A stretch of DNA of 56,736 bases from Catajapyx aquilonaris. Taxonomy: Eukaryota. Shown in pieces: positions 37,801 to 52,639 of this stretch. Position 1 is the first letter of the stretch; each line of letters opens with the position of its first letter. The position numbers were made by a program, and so were the translations under genes. Below the pieces are notes generated by a model. It ran no database searches. It had not been told where the DNA came from and was given only the letters and a program-made list of their open reading frames with translations. The stretch covers positions 62,001 through 118,736 of the forward strand of contig JYFJ02000610.1 in the NCBI GenBank assembly GCA_000934665.2, read 5' to 3'.

Positions 37801-40400
37801 ATGAGACTACTAAACTGCGGCAACAGTTCAAGGAGCTGCTTCAGGATGCGGGGTTGCTCGAGTGCGGCAAGAGCCCTGACGAGATGAGCAGTTCGGAGAG
37901 GACTCGAAGGCACGGAGAAATGAAGAGACTTCGCCACTTGAAGCGGGAGTATCATCAGGCGGCACCTAGAAAGAAACGAATTCTTGATATGCATGGGGAC
38001 GATGATGATGTTGAAGGTGGGTTTGTCGTTTGTGTTTTTACAGCCATACTGGACATGTATGCCTCCACAGGTGAAGAGGAAAAGGACGAGATTGATATCA
38101 AGGACGTGGAGTTCCGCATGAAGAACGACAGCGGACAAGTGGAAGAACTTTTGTCCCGGACGGCCACTTTCACCTACCAGGACATCATGCTGATCAAGAT
38201 TATTCTGTGCAGCGGGCTGTATCCGCAGTTCGCCATAGCCGATGCACATAATTCATACAAGGTATGACCATTACATTACCAGGCTATGAAGTTAGTTAAC
38301 AATATGTCAATTTCAGAGCGATGCTGACCAGCTGTTCCACACTAGGGCCAAATCCTTCGTGGTGCTTCACCCGTTATCATCCTTTGCCAATGACCCAGAG
38401 GTTCTCTGCCTGCGAGACACTGACATTGTGCAAAGCCCTGGTTTTGGAAAGCTGCCGGTTAGCAGCAAGCACCAGCTGTTATGTTACCTGTGAGTTGTGT
38501 ACTTACGAGCACGTTTCAAAAGTACCAAGCATTATTTTCTGTCTCCGTAGATCACTGTTGGAGACCACGAAGCCGTACCTGATGAGCTCATTCCGCATGC
38601 CGGCTGCCCAAACATTGCTGCTGTTCTGTCAGTCCATCGACACTAACGAAAGATTCTCCAGGTTGGTCGTCTGGTTTTTGTTTACGAGGAAATGTACTCA
38701 GGTTGTCTCTTAAATACTGTTGAAATAGGATGGTGTGTGACTCGTGGATAGAACTGCAGTTTCCAAATGAGGAGTCGGGCGAGACACTGCTGGTAAAGAG
38801 CATCCGACTTAGGGAGTTGTGGGAGGACCTCATTGCCGCCCGATTGAAAGGTCAGTCGCTGAGTACGCAGCCGTCAAGCAGTATGTTACAACAGTATGTT
38901 TTCCCCCCAGGCACGAGTGACAAGGAGGGAGAAGCAGACGCCTCTCCTGCCCTCGACAAGACCATGCGGGACCTTGACCGCAAGTTGGCCCGCGACATGG
39001 TTGACTTCCTTCACACCGAAGTCTGCTACACAATCCAGCGCCTTCTACCTGCTGACATCAAGAATTTGTATGTGGGACCCATCGAAACATACTCTCTGGA
39101 CAAGCCAGGTCCGAGCGACACCAAGGACGAACCTCCAGAGGGGGAAGCGACAGCTGACGACAACCCTTTCGAGCCTGGAAGGAAGCCTGTGCCACACCAA
39201 ATCAAAGGAGGGCTTCGAATGACTGACTTCCTTACGTACAACTGGTTAGTGTCATGCGAGATCATACGAGAATTTTTAACATGTCAATAATTTGTTTTCG
39301 AAGTTTGGTGGACAAAGGCGACGTGGGTCACTCCGAGTACCTCCACTCCGCATGGACTTGCCCTCACTGCGAAATTAGTTTGTATGTGACCGGCCTCGAG
39401 AGGGTGAGGCACCAGACTGTCTGCAAGGCGCTGCTTATGGAAGGTCTGTACCCGCAATATTTTCATAGTTGTCACGGAGGGTTTATGAGCTCTCATGGGC
39501 TAGTCAATCCGCCTTAAAACCATCTGACCCTGTCCATAGTTGTCCACAAGACATATCGGGTTGTTCCGACGGGTACACGTGGAGTTTGCCATTAAAGGTG
39601 CAAACGCAAAAGCAATTTGAGTCCACGCCAACAATTTCGGAAGGTCCTCCACCCGTGTCCTTCCAGACACATTTCTCAAGACGTGCTCATTGCCAAATCA
39701 GTAAGGCGTACCGTTGGTCCGTTGCGCTTGACTTTTTGGCTGCATTGTCGTCAACATATGGCTGAATATTATCCGCAGTTTCATGTGCGTCTGCATGTGA
39801 CTGCTGCCTTCGTCTATTAATAATCCTCCTTGGAATAGTTGCCTTTCGCCAAACAAACTCTGCGAAATTCACATACGGTTTTTTTCCATGCGAAATGACG
39901 TCACTTGAGGAGAAATCAGCTGATTACAGTGTTGCCACAGGTTGCAAAATGTGCAAGGTCACGAGCCTTTGAGACGCAGAGGAAAGGATATCGACCTCGA
40001 ACCACGATCGATGGTCTGCAAGAGAGTGTCGCAGATCTACGCAGTTCATATCTTTGTTGGAATAAATAGAGAGGGTCGTAGTCCTAGGTTGTTACCCCAG
40101 AGGTGTTGCCATATGTAGACAAAGGGAGTGACGTAAAAAAAAGCACGAGGTGTCTTGCTGCATGGGTGACGTCAGGAGGAAATGCGTCAGGTTCTTGCAA
40201 TTTCTGAAAATAAATGAACATATGTGTAGTTATGTATGCACCCACTGATGTACCGCTGCCTTTCAGATGAGGATACCGGACCGGCCGAAGAGAAGAAGCC
40301 GGGGAAGGCGTACTACTGCGATGCTTGCGACAAGGAGTTGTACTTGACCCCGATTGACATACTGCGACACAAGAAGGAACATATGACTAGCGACAAGTAG
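34833..40400 (+). CDS. DHX34: DEAH-box RNA helicase DHX34 (~1155 aa, 14 exons: 34833-35067, 35713-35971, 36024-36142, 36201-36367, 36426-36629, 36682-37599, 37656-38016, 38071-38261, 38317-38489, 38551-38661, 38729-38850, 38911-39244, 39304-39443, 40267-40400)
   Basis: Motifs [33 protein letters not shown] and [15 protein letters not shown]34-type features are [17 protein letters not shown] and the C-terminal CxxC...H...H motif ([23 protein letters not shown]). The exon sum of 3468 nt is in frame. Confidence 0.93.
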
Positions 40401-41420
40401 TGGTCTGCACCGTTGCATGCATTGTTTTCTAGAGCGAATGATTTGTGTATCCCGTATAATAAAGAGGATTGGTAATTTGAGGATGTGTTGAGCGGTTTGA
40501 TTTCAGTTGCACAGTTCGTCAGTACCAAGCACGAAACGCCCTGGAACATCCTATGGATATCTACATATCCACTGAATCTCCGCTGGATATTTCGATGTCC
40601 ATAGGATGTGACTGTGCTACTTGGGAAAGGTACTGGTATGTCAAAAATTCATTGGTGGACACTGGACAGAAAAAAGGCTGTACAAAACTAGTAAATAAAA
40701 TTGATAACAATTTGATTTAGTTATGTATAAATAATTTTGTGAAATTCTCTGTGTGAATAAGAGGCCTATGTATTTTAATATGTGGCAGGTCTTGCACGAT
40801 GCGATGATACATAAAGTCATACGATTAGAGCAGTTCAATTAGTTGCTGGGTTTAGATTGTTGTTGCTGAGTATTCCAACAATAGCTCATTTTTTAATTGT
40901 TCTGCAGTTATTTTCCTATTTAAAAATGGAACAAAGTGTACCGTCATGTGCACACACTTATTACATGTTAACACCAAGCCGTTTCTCTGATGCAACTGTT
41001 AATTTTTAATAAGCAAGCCCAATATATGGGCCACATTTTAACCATATTATTAATTAAAAATAGGCGTTAATTTAACCGTATAATGCATCGACGTTCCATC
41101 CCTTATTACTCCCTTCAGAACGAACGCCCATGACCCATACACATATCATCCTGTAGCTAAAAAATTCCGCCATCATTTAATCACACCATTTTCGAAAACT
41201 AAACCGACGCCAGAGCAGCACAGCCCATTTTCCAAAAAATAAATTTCGTCATACAGTCGCCGCCATCTTGCCATCCACTAAATCAATTTAACCAATTTTA
41301 AAGCATAAAACCCCGCCAGCCGAACGTTACTTGTTAAAGTAGTAACAATGAAGTTAATCACTATTTAAAACAATTGAATTTAGTAAACAAATTTCCCCTG
41401 GTTTCCCCCAACGACGGTGG

Positions 41421-41518
41421 TGACGTCACGGTTTCCAGACGCTTCCGACCAATCAGAGCCGCGTTCGATATCTGCCAGCCAATGGGAAGGCTACGCGTTG
41501 GAAGGTCGGGATAAAAAG
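41421..41518 (+). promoter_or_regulatory. Polyubiquitin promoter elements
   Basis: CRE TGACGTCA (41421), imperfect HSE TTCcaGACgcTTC (~41433), two CCAAT boxes and TATA-like GATAAAAA (~41510). A 5' UTR intron follows at ~41673-41816. Confidence 0.55.
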
Positions 41519-41671
41519 GGAAGGGAAAGGGTGGGGAGGATTCAATAGCAGTTGAGGCGTCGAGGAGAGTGGTCGTGTGTCTGCGAGAGAGAGACGAGAG
41601 TAGAGAGAGAGAGGCTATAAAGGCGAGGCTAGAGACTGCATTGTTCGACTATTGTCCGCTGTGAAATTTAA

Positions 41672-43968
<2,297 letters not shown>

Positions 43969-44667
43969 GCAGCCTACAGCCCTTGGGGACCACAAGTGGG
44001 AGAGCTCGCCCAACTGCTATCATTTGGTGAACCCCACAGCAAAACATTGAAAAAAATAGAAAAAATTCCAGCACAGGTCCTATAACTTCTTTCTGGAGCA
44101 ACTCTTTTTTCCTGGCATTTAAGTGTGTTAACTCCCACCCTCCTGCCAGCCTCTCCTCCCAATCAACACAACAACCACCCTTGTTAATTTTCCCCTCCTC
44201 CCACTCCATAAATGTAAAACACCCCTTTTTTGCACTTGTTTTTTTGAGAGAAGCGTTTTTTTACGAGTACGAGGATGGTTTCCACCCGATGTAAGCTCCA
44301 AGTGTTGAAAGAGAAAAATACAGTTGCTTGATTATTTGAAAAACCCAACTTAGTTGTTTTTTGAGATTTGGTTTCAGTTGGGGATGGGACTGGTTGCAGG
44401 TTAGGTCATTTCAGGTTACGTCGCTGGTGATGGTGTGACTTATTGCAGGTGAGGTCGCTGGTGACTGACTGCAGACAGGTGTGGGCCAGAAAGCATAAGG
44501 CCTGGACAGTCCAAGCTGAATATTTGAAATTTTTAAAGTAGTTTAACATGCAAATATTTTTAAAATAATAGCTTTCTATGTAAAAAAATCTATGAAGATC
44601 TATGAACAACATTGTGGGACTATGGACTGCTTGTTCGAGAAATCATGGTAAGGACTTCGGTAGAAAC

Positions 44668-45101
44668 TTAATATTTGTTTTAAATTTTTAGAATATAGTT
44701 TTAAACATTACAATTTTTTAAAATAATAGTGAACATGATCTATGAAGATCTATGAAAAATTTGGGAGTGCGACTGGGCCTGGAAGAGTAATGATTCAACA
44801 ATATGAAGCTGAATATTTTATTTAAAAATTTTAAAATATAGTGTTAACATGAAAATAGTTTCCAAATAATAGTGTACAATGGATATCTATGGAAAACTAG
44901 AGTTCATGCCACTACAGTACTGTAGTAAGCACTTATTGTTAGTTCAATCTGCCGCCACTAGATGGGATCACTGCCTTGACTAGCTCCTAGTGTTTCCCTG
45001 GCTCACCGCTAGATGTCTCCTGGCCCAACTCCTTGTCATCTTTTTACCGATTGATTTAGTGGCAGTTAATGGAGCAAGGGGCAGCCAGTTAGAAGCGCCT
45101 C
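44668..45101 (+). repeat. Dispersed ~430-bp direct repeat, second copy at ~50845-51281
   Basis: Shared blocks such as GAGTGCGACTGGGCCTGGAAGAGTAATGATTCAACAATATGAAGCTG and GCAGCCAGTTAGAAGCGCCTCTTTC. Confidence 0.85.
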
Positions 45102-45129
45102 TTTCGCTCATTTCCCGGTGTAGACTTGA

Positions 45130-45752
45130 GTCGATGGGTCACTCGAAATTGAGTATGAAGCCTATTTTGGTCACGCTGACTCCGAATCCGAAAACAGTTT
45201 CTTGCTATCACTTGCGGTTTAGCTGTCAACAGACGGACAGACGGACAAAGGAGTTCTATAAATAAATAAAAATCTATAATACTGTTTCTCATTGGTCAGC
45301 GGGGAATGAGGCTGGAAACAATATATTTCCAAGTAACCCAAGAACACCTCCCTGTAGATTTGACCTTGGCGGATAGAGGGAATCCGAAAAACCGGAAGTG
45401 GCCTGTCACCGAAAGTTACGTATGATTGTATGAAGCATATTTAGGGTCCGCTGAATTCGAATCCGAAGACCGTTTGTCGATATTCTTACGGTTTAGGCTC
45501 TGACAGCTGTCCACGGACGGACGGACGGACATTTCGATCCGGGGAAAAAATGTACAATATAAAATTCTAAATTCATTTCCCTTTACAGTAGCTCGAACTA
45601 ACAGATGACGCTAGAGGCGACGTCATTAAGCTCATCCCTGGATGGGTTGACATGACATGCGACACACATCTCCGTCATCTCCTCGTCTCACGTCCAGCTC
45701 ACTGAGGTTCATTCCAAACAGGAAGCAGGCGCCACGATTAAAACCCCACCCA
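45130..45752. mobile_element. DINE/Helentron-like repeat fragments with (GGAC)n; inverted relatives at ~51830-52141 and ~53265-53480
   Basis: Reverse-complement matches (CTCATTGGTCAGCGGGGAATGAGGCTG; GAAGCAGGCGCCACGATTAAAACCCC) and GTCC microsatellites. Confidence 0.6.
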
Positions 45753-46610
45753 AACAAGATTGGCAAATCACGTGAGCGTGATTAGAGTACACTTTTTCAT
45801 GTTTACATTTTACTGCTATTGTCTCTAACGTCCGTCACGGTACTGGGACTGAAAGTGAATCAACCCAACTGACTTTCGGCCAAAAGTGGACGTACCCTTT
45901 TCCCCCCTCCCCCTTCCTACCCCAGACCGCCCCTTTCCCCTTTAAACAACATATTCCAGCAAACCCATCTGTTATACATTTTTTCATCCATCGAAAATAG
46001 TCTTATAGCACGGCTCTGTCCGTCCGTCCGTCCGTCTGTGGACAGGTGTAATGATAAGAGGAGGGAGGGCCGGAGGGGGGAAATGGCGATCTGGGGGAGG
46101 GGGCGGTGCTGTGGGGGGACTGGACCAGGAGGAAAGGAACTGCCTAGCGAGGATGGGGCGGTCATCAGGGGTAGGTGGTGGTGGGGGGAAGGGGCGGTGG
46201 GGGGAGGGGGCGGATAGAGTGAACCCGGAACCCAAAAATCGAAAGAAAGTCCTGTAGTCCGGCTCTGTCTGTTGGTTCATGAGGATAGGTGAACAGGTAG
46301 GCCTATGTTACTAATATGGATATTCTGCAGCTTTGCTTTTTATTGCTCAAGAAACTGTAAATCTTTGTGAAACATTTTAACAAAAATTTTAACCACCGTG
46401 TTATAGTTTCCAATGTAGCCTACATTCAGGCTGCAACAGTTTTAGTACAAATACAATTATATTGGCTATCATTGTGCAAATTGAAATGAAAGTGAGTATC
46501 GATACAATACGTATCGGATTTTTTATATCGGTATATCAGAGTATCGATATAAGACTTTGCAGCAGTTGGGCGAGCTCTCCCACTTGTGGTCCCCAAGGGC
46601 TGTAGGCTGC

Positions 46611-48640
46611 CTACTTGCCGCCACGCAGGCGCAGCACCAGGTGGAGCGTCGACTCCTTCTGGGTGTTGTAGTCGCTCAGGGTACGGCTGTCCTGCAGCTG
46701 CTCGCCGGCGATGCTCAAGCTCTGCTGATCTGGCGGGATCCCTACGTTGTTCTGGATCTTGGCCTTCACGTTCTCGATGGTGTCTGAAGGGTCGGACTCC
46801 AGTTGGAAGGTCAGGGTCGCCGCCGCCGTCGTCATCGTCACCATGATCTGCGTACCACCTGACATGCAATAAATTTTTAGAATGTGTCCAACAATGTTTC
46901 TAGGATGTTTAAAGGGACATTCCACTCAAAATACAAGTTGGCCCCCAAAAATCGGGCAAAAAATCCTGATTCCGAATGTGCAATCGGTTTTTTCCTACGC
47001 CCAACGGTAACACGGAAAATAATATATCTTATACACACGTCGTCTGCTAAGAAGGGCGATACAACAGCATCTCGCGGCAAACCGGAGAAGTAGAGAATGT
47101 GCCGCGCCCAGGGTCACCTACATGAGTGCCTCCCCCACCTAGACAGTTAGACAGTTAGGGTGGGGGAGGCAACCATGTAGGGGACCCTGGCCGCGCCAGG
47201 ATGCTTTCTCTAGTTCCGCCCCGTTCCACTCTGGTGGCGGCCACCGCCCCGCGCGCGGTTTTCGAACGACACACTTCCAGCTTTCACACTGGCCTTACCG
47301 TTCGTCTCTAAGAAAAGCTGCTTATACCCTCGGAATCAGAATTTTTTGCCCGATTTTTAGAACGAAACTTGTATTTTGAGTGCAGTGTCCCTTTAAATGA
47401 AGGCGAGAGAACAATCTGAACTGGTCTCGGCACAAGAAGGGAGCGTGACTCAACCTGACCCGACTCAGAATGAAAGTCATGTCAAGTGTTGCAGGTGCAT
47501 CATTCTTTGTTGGCATATTATACCCACTAATTTCACTCCATAACCCGTGTAACCAAGAGTATATAATGTAACTTATCAAAGTTTGCCTCTAAAAATCGGG
47601 CAAAAAAAAACCTGAATCCGATGGTGCAATTCGTTTTTCGCTACGCGGAACGGTAATCCGAGGGTGAGGTGTCAAAGTGTGTCGTCTGCTAATGAGCGGC
47701 GTCGCCACGCGGGGAACAGGGGAACTGGTGGGCTGCACCGCTCTGGGATGAGCCTAAGCGCGGGGGCAGATGGGAGCAGCTATCCAGTTCCCAAGGTCCC
47801 GAGGGCGTCGCTGGCGGACGGCCAGCTTCTGGCGCACTATTTGAATTTCCCCACTTTGACCCCTCGCCCTCGCCCTCGCCCTCGCCCTCGCCCTGGGATT
47901 GCCGTTCCGCGTAGCGAAAAACTGATTGCACCTTCGGATTCCAGGATTTTCTGCCAGATTTTTAGACCCAAACTTGTTTTTTTTTTTAGTGGAGTGTCCC
48001 TGGCCTATTTCTGCTGCAAAGAGGACCGACGCCAGGGGGGTGGTCCTCCTCCTGGAAATTTGCCCACTCTGGGGATCTTTAACGTGCACTCGCGCAATGT
48101 CACAAGCACACGGGACCGACGGCTTTAATTCCCCTCCGAAGGAAGACGCACTCTCACTTTTCTACCACCTGGAGAAAAGTCACCGACCTCGGTCGTCCGG
48201 GTTCGAACCCACAACTTTGGGTCTAGAGGCGAGCGCGCTAACCACCAGACCACCAGCGCCGGCTACCCGTGTAACCTGTGTAGACTGCCCCTCTACTCAC
48301 AAAGACGAATAATTCCCCCTATAATAATCGTCCTATTTTTTCACTCTCTGTCTGGAATGCTCCAGTGAGTGGGAGAGGGAGGTCGGGGGCCTTGGTGAGT
48401 GCTGCCACCTTCTGGTGACTCCACTAACTCATCAGGGCAGGAGATTTTGCCCATTTTTGGCTACGGGGTGCACTAGTAACATTGAAATCAAGAGGGCATG
48501 CTCTCAATCAAGCAGGTCCCACAATCTGTGGTTACACAGCAGTGGATAGGCTACTCACCTGCAGGCAGTCCCAGGGACAGGAAGAAGAATAAGAAGGTCA
48601 CGATGGTCATCCAGGTCAAGCCAGGAAAGATCTTCGTCAT
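46611..48640 (-). CDS. Putative signal-peptide-bearing divergent ubiquitin-like protein (109 aa); exons 48640-48559, 46858-46611
   Basis: Exon 1 is [34 protein letters not shown] (phase 1). The exon 2 acceptor gcatgtcag|GT GGT is also phase 1 and leads to TQIMV...[13 protein letters not shown]...[11 protein letters not shown]. There are no stops or frameshifts. A minus-strand AATAAA lies at ~46339-46344. Confidence 0.65.
46913..47392. mobile_element. Kolobok-like non-autonomous TIR element; related degenerate copy at ~47580-48000
   Basis: TTAA|AGGGACA...TGTCCCT|TTAA with ~60-bp imperfect TIRs. Confidence 0.72.
48020..48262 (-). mobile_element. tRNA-derived SINE-like element
   Basis: The minus strand reads TGGTCTGGTGGTTAGCGCGCTCGCC...GGGTTCGAACCC, followed by a non-tRNA body. 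Confidence 0.55.
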
Positions 48641-50474
48641 GATTGCTCAGCAAGTTCAGAAGGGGGCAGGACGAAGGGTTATTCTTTTTAGAATTCGATT
48701 GTTTCAGGAGAATGCGTGCGATCAGACTCGAGTCAGAAGATGCAGTGAGTGGAGGTATTGAAGGTTCAACGTTCGTTGGCTGGGGGAGGGTTGCGAAATA
48801 ACATGCAACCAGGCCTCAAATGGAACAGATGCTCGAAAAACAGATGTGCTGATTCACTTATTCTATTTTCAGAATCAATCAGACCCCTTCATTTACTGGC
48901 CATGGAAATGGAATTGCAAGGGACTAATTTCACTAATTTTGCGATGCTTATTTTGTGGGGGGGGGGAAAATCAATGGATGATCATCGATGGAGTGCAGGG
49001 TGTGCCATCAGATGACATTTCACATAAACGGTTCAAGTTTTGCCCAAGAGGTGGGCACAGCTAACTTTTGATAACAGCTAACTTGCTCAGTAAAACCATG
49101 GACATCGCTAAATCACTAATGCTAAAATAGTTCTAGCTGTTTATCAGAAGCGCTTTAGCGCCACCCACGGTTTGCTAACCGAATTAGCTGTTAGCGGAAG
49201 TTAGTGGTACTAAAATCCCGTTAGCTTGCCCAGCGCTGCCCAAGACTACAGGGAGGCACGACCATCACCAAGAAGAAGCGAAGGACCACTTCCATTACAT
49301 CTGGGGCACATCTCTCAGTATCTTCAGGAGAACTATGAGATGATTATCGTGACAAATTGAGTGACTCCAACCAGTTTATACCAGTCGGTGAGGTGCGCCT
49401 CTCATTACCTGGAAAGCTGGAATTATATATATATATAGCCAAGAGCTAATGATATAGCCTACTGTATGTTCGTTCCCATCACTTTATTTCAGAGAGATGT
49501 CACATTCTCACATCAAATGGAATAACCATTCCACGTGTGCACCAGACAAGATGCACTTGCTCGTTGCATTTTTTTTATTTGAATTCGGCGTGCCATTATG
49601 TATCTAGACAAATTGAGGATAATGGCATAAAAGTAGTAAACTATTCTCTTCAAAGATGTTGGCTAATAGACGTGTGTACCTGCTGTGCACTGACAGCTGC
49701 TTCTCCTCCACATTCCAGCAGGCAAGTTACTGCATACGTTGCCCATATTTCTCATTGTAGATCAAATGCGCAGTTGTTATTTGGTCATTAATGCAATAAG
49801 GCGCGGATCCAGGGGGGGGGGGNNNNNCCCCCCCCCCCCCCGACGCCCAGGTGCACTTCTGAAAAACGCCGAATATTGAATCGGTTGCAATATGGAATTC
49901 AAATTGTTGGAATAACTTTTTCAAAATCATCCTTCTGATGATCTGACTCAACCCTGAGGATGATCGACATTATGCATACGGATCGGGCTCAACCCCCGGG
50001 TTAAGGTGGATATGAACCTACAGGTCACTATCTAACAACTCCATGAAAGTTACACACGTCATAGTTTAAGAGGTCTTCTTCCCAATGGCACCAAAAAAAC
50101 TACCCCTTCCCATGCAAATTAGCTCACAGGGTGACTCGGAAGTTTCCAATTAACATTGAGGCTTATGGGGAATAAAAACTTTCCTGGAAAGCATCTTAGA
50201 TATCTAAGACCTTTAAATTAAAATGATGAAAATATGAGGAATAATGTATAGAGAGTAATTCTGAAAAGAAAATGACACCTTGCCATGGTATTTAAATTGT
50301 TATCGACGAAAAACTCTCCAATGACATTACATTGCCTCAGGCGAGGAAGCCAGTGGCAACACCGCGTTTGCAGTAGCGAGATACGGTTGCATACGACAGC
50401 TAAATATGGGTGCAAGTGAGATGGTTATGACCATGGCTGTAGAAGACTCAGGTTAGGTCACTCCCCACCCACCC

Positions 50475-50773
50475 CCTGCCGAGGGATTACGCACCGGGTG
50501 CTCACCTGAGACCGCCACGAGACATTTCCCAGAGCATTTATGTGGCGACCCTACCGGACTAAGGCTGAACTTTACAGGTTCGAAAGGGGAGGTGGGGAGG
50601 GCTACATGCTGGTCCAACATGGCCGCCGGCGGCCATGTTGGGCCCCCAATGTAGCGCTTCCCTTTCGTACCTATAAAGTTCAGCCTTAGTCCGGTAGGGT
50701 CGCCACATAATTGCTCTGGGAAATGTCTTGTGGCGGTCTCAGGTGAGCACCCGGTGCGTAATCCCTCGGCAGG
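50475..50773. mobile_element. Foldback MITE with ~100-bp near-perfect inverted arms
   Basis: CCTGCCGAGGGATTACGCACCGGGTGCTCACCTGAGACCGCC... is mirrored at the other end. Confidence 0.85.
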
Positions 50774-52639
50774 TGATAAGCCCAGAAGATAGGGGTAGTG
50801 TCCGTGGGCTGCTACCAGCATAACTATTACTACTGTCAAGAATCAATATTTGTTTTAAATTTTTAAAATATGGTTTTAAAAATTACAATATTTTTTTTAA
50901 ATAATAGTCTACATGATCTATGAAGGTCTATGAAAAATTTGAGAGTGCGACTGGGCCTGGAAGAGTAATGATTCAACAATATGAAGCTGAATATTGATTT
51001 AAAATTTTTAAAATATAGTTTTAACATGAAAATAGTTTCCAAATAATAGTATACAATGGATATCTATGGAAAACTGGAGTTCATGCCACTACAGTACTGT
51101 ATTAAGCATTTAGTTCAATATTCCACCACTAGATGGCATCACTGCCTTGACTGGCCCCTAGTGTTTCCCGGGCTCACCGCTAGATGTCGCCTGGCCAACT
51201 CCTTGTCACTTCCATTTTTTTTACTGATTGATTTACTAGCAGTTAATGAAGCAAGTGGCAGCCAGTTAGAAGCGCCTCTTTCACCACATACGGTATAAAA
51301 TGAGGGGGATTTGGACCCCGATTATTTCCAGCCTATGGCATATTCAAATAAGGCGAAAAACTCATTCCGTCTCCCCTATTCTCCTCAGGGATTGGCTGAC
51401 CTGTGAAACGAACAAATTTCTCTGGAAATATTGAAAAAAAAAGTCTTTCTTCTGTTCTATTCAAGAGGCTTAGAAAATGCCAATTTCTAAGTATATGAAA
51501 AAAAGCCGTATCTGCATCAGTGCAGATGCGGCTTTTTTGCTTAGCATATCTTAAACCTAATTAATCCACGTCTTGGTCCAAGTGTTGATCTAGTTTGTGG
51601 AGTTTCCTTCCACTAGTTATACCTCGTTAACAGCTAGATATTTCAATCTATATTCTTGGTGGCAGAAACCCCCCGTCTTATCCTTGGGACTGGTGTCGTC
51701 ATTAGGTATTCAGGGTTTCCACTCGACAGATTCGCGCAATCTTCGCCTTCACGCACATTCCGCCAACTTGAGCTACGTGATAACCAACCCCTCCCTTGGC
51801 TTTAATTAGAACCCATTTTTGTAAGGTGCGGGGGGTTTTAATCGTGGCGCCTGCTTCCGGTTTGGAATGAACCTAAGTGAGCTGGACGGGAGACAAGGAG
51901 ACGACGGAGATGTGTCGCATGTCATGTCAATCCAACCAGGAATGAGCTACCATTATTAGGGTTGACGTCGCATCTAGCGACATCTGTTAGTTCGAACCTA
52001 TTGTATAGCAAAATAAATTTAGAATTTTACCTTTTAGATTATTATTTTTTTCTCGTCGAAATGTCCGTCTGTCCGTCCGTGGACAGCTATCAGAGCCTAA
52101 ACCGCAAGAGATAGCAACAAACTGTTTTCGGATTCGGATTCACTATATATTATACTATAGCTGCAGCGCCCGGCGCGGCGTTGCCCGGGAAGAAATGAAT
52201 GAAGGGAAAACACCTGCCAGTACCCCCGTCAACTGTCTGTCTTTCTGTGTGTCCGGACACCAATGCCATCTGTGGTCCTGCTACTACAACACCTTGAACC
52301 TCTCCCGCCTGTATAACGGCAACCCTCATTTGCCTCCATCTGTAGTCAACCTCCAACACCTCCTTCCTCTCCCGGCCTGGGGGTGGAGCACAGATGGCAG
52401 GCAAATGACGGTTGGCAGGCGGACAGACAGACAGAGAGGCAGACAGAGAGACTCACAAACGGCTTTATTGATATAGCCTGCCATCTGTAGTCAACCCCCA
52501 ACACCTCCATACTCTCCCGGCCTGGGGATGGAACACAGATGGCAGGCAAATGACGGTTGGCAGGCGGACAGACAGACAGAGAGGCAGGCAGACAGACAGA
52601 CTCACAAACGGCTTTATTTATATTATATTACATTATATT

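Noticed and set aside
46611..46925. ORF-track N-terminus MECPFKHP... for the ubiquitin-like ORF
   Set aside because: It starts inside a Kolobok-like TIR and runs through sequence homologous to the polyubiquitin intron. The spliced model is better supported.
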